Notes under the pieces: generated by a model | Seen by the model: only the letters and a program-made list of their open reading frames with translations | What the model was told of the DNA's origin: nothing | Database searches by the model: none | Made by a program: the position numbers and the translations under genes | NCBI RefSeq assembly: GCF_963921235.1 | Contig: NC_086097.1 | Span: forward strand, 108,316,001-108,380,000 | Reading direction: 5' to 3' | Length of the DNA stretch: 64,000 nt | Origin: Mobula hypostoma | Taxonomy: Eukaryota | In this document: positions 63,178 through 64,000 of the stretch, in pieces | Layout: the number at the start of each line of letters is the position of its first letter | Position numbering within the stretch: position 1 is the stretch's first letter

Positions 63178-64000
63178 ACCAAGAACATACTCTGTACTCT
63201 CAAAATTTTCCAAAGAAGCCCTTCCACTTTCTAAGGTTACTTTTGCCAGAAAACTAACTGTCCTAATCCACACCTGTCAGATCCGTTCTGATTCCATCAA
63301 AATTGACCTTTCTTCAGGTAGCTATAAAAGATGTTCAAAAATATCTAAAAACTCAGCTTCACTCACGTGCTCCTGGAAAAATGGAAGCCAACTTGAAGGA
63401 TGAATTTGAGTGGGTGGGAAGGGTGGAGATGGAGATGAATTTAATCCAAGCTGGCGACTGTCGTATGTCTCAAGTCTATGCGATCTGGAGCAGTTCAAGG
63501 AGGTTGAAGAACTTGGGCAAGACGTTGTGCTTTTTGTCACACAGGACTGTTGCAAAATTGTCTTTGGGTTTTTTCCCTTTGCTTTTTGTATTGGAGTATC
63601 CAATTTAAAAAAAATTGTGAATTCTAAACTGGTACACAAGTTTGAGTTATTCATATATTAATCCCTAATAACTAGTATTGGGAGAAGTTGGATGTTTGAT
63701 GTCTGAGTCTTCAATAAGATCAATTAAGAATTCTCTTCCTTAAAAAGGCATGATAGTCTTGAAAAGTGAAGAGTGCTGTTGTGGAACAAACCACCAAAAT
63801 GATGGGTCTCACTTGTGAAAACTCTTTTGCATGATGTAGGTCTAATTTACCATCAGTAGAGTTGGTTGCAGTTACCAGCTTGGGCATTGACAATACAGGT
63901 CTTATCCTGACTTGTTTGATTAAACTCACCATTGTGGCACAGTCGTGTAGATTGTGTGTCATTTAACTCTTACCTTGGCTATTACCCACGCCACGTTATC

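Noticed and set aside
63303..63962. Overlapping 80-110 aa ORFs at the window end
   Set aside because: No recognisable domain; the apparent acceptor comes from adjacent CR1 sequence.
1..64000. CRISPR array, operon, rRNA or tRNA genes
   Set aside because: Eukaryotic repeat-rich DNA with no repeat-spacer array; tRNA-like segments are SINE heads.

Overview
Repeat-saturated vertebrate genomic DNA; the repeat mix suggests a cartilaginous fish, probably a ray (inference). The only host-gene feature I can support is a CpG-rich promoter with a 157-nt first coding exon on the + strand (13964-14120, MEYFSSFSGRGARLLRGTSNRLWG...). It resembles the alternative N-terminus of OXR1 as I recall it and is missing from the ORF track. 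No further exon is recognisable, so the remaining ~50 kb looks intronic. The rest is mostly nested transposable elements: CR1 LINEs (one full-length, one with an intact 452-aa RT tail), Rex1/Babar-type LINEs, Penelope-like elements (PLEs), a decayed R4/Dong (Rex6-like) element, solo LTRs, Tc1 and hAT-Buster DNA transposons and V-SINEs. The most notable signal is the PLE set. These copies carry minimal hammerhead ribozyme motifs, and four are fold-back (palindromic) insertions with 13-14 bp target-site duplications (TSDs) and asymmetric arms. The three short ones turn around at the hammerhead. Family names come from motif recognition, not database searches, and boundaries of old repeats are approximate.
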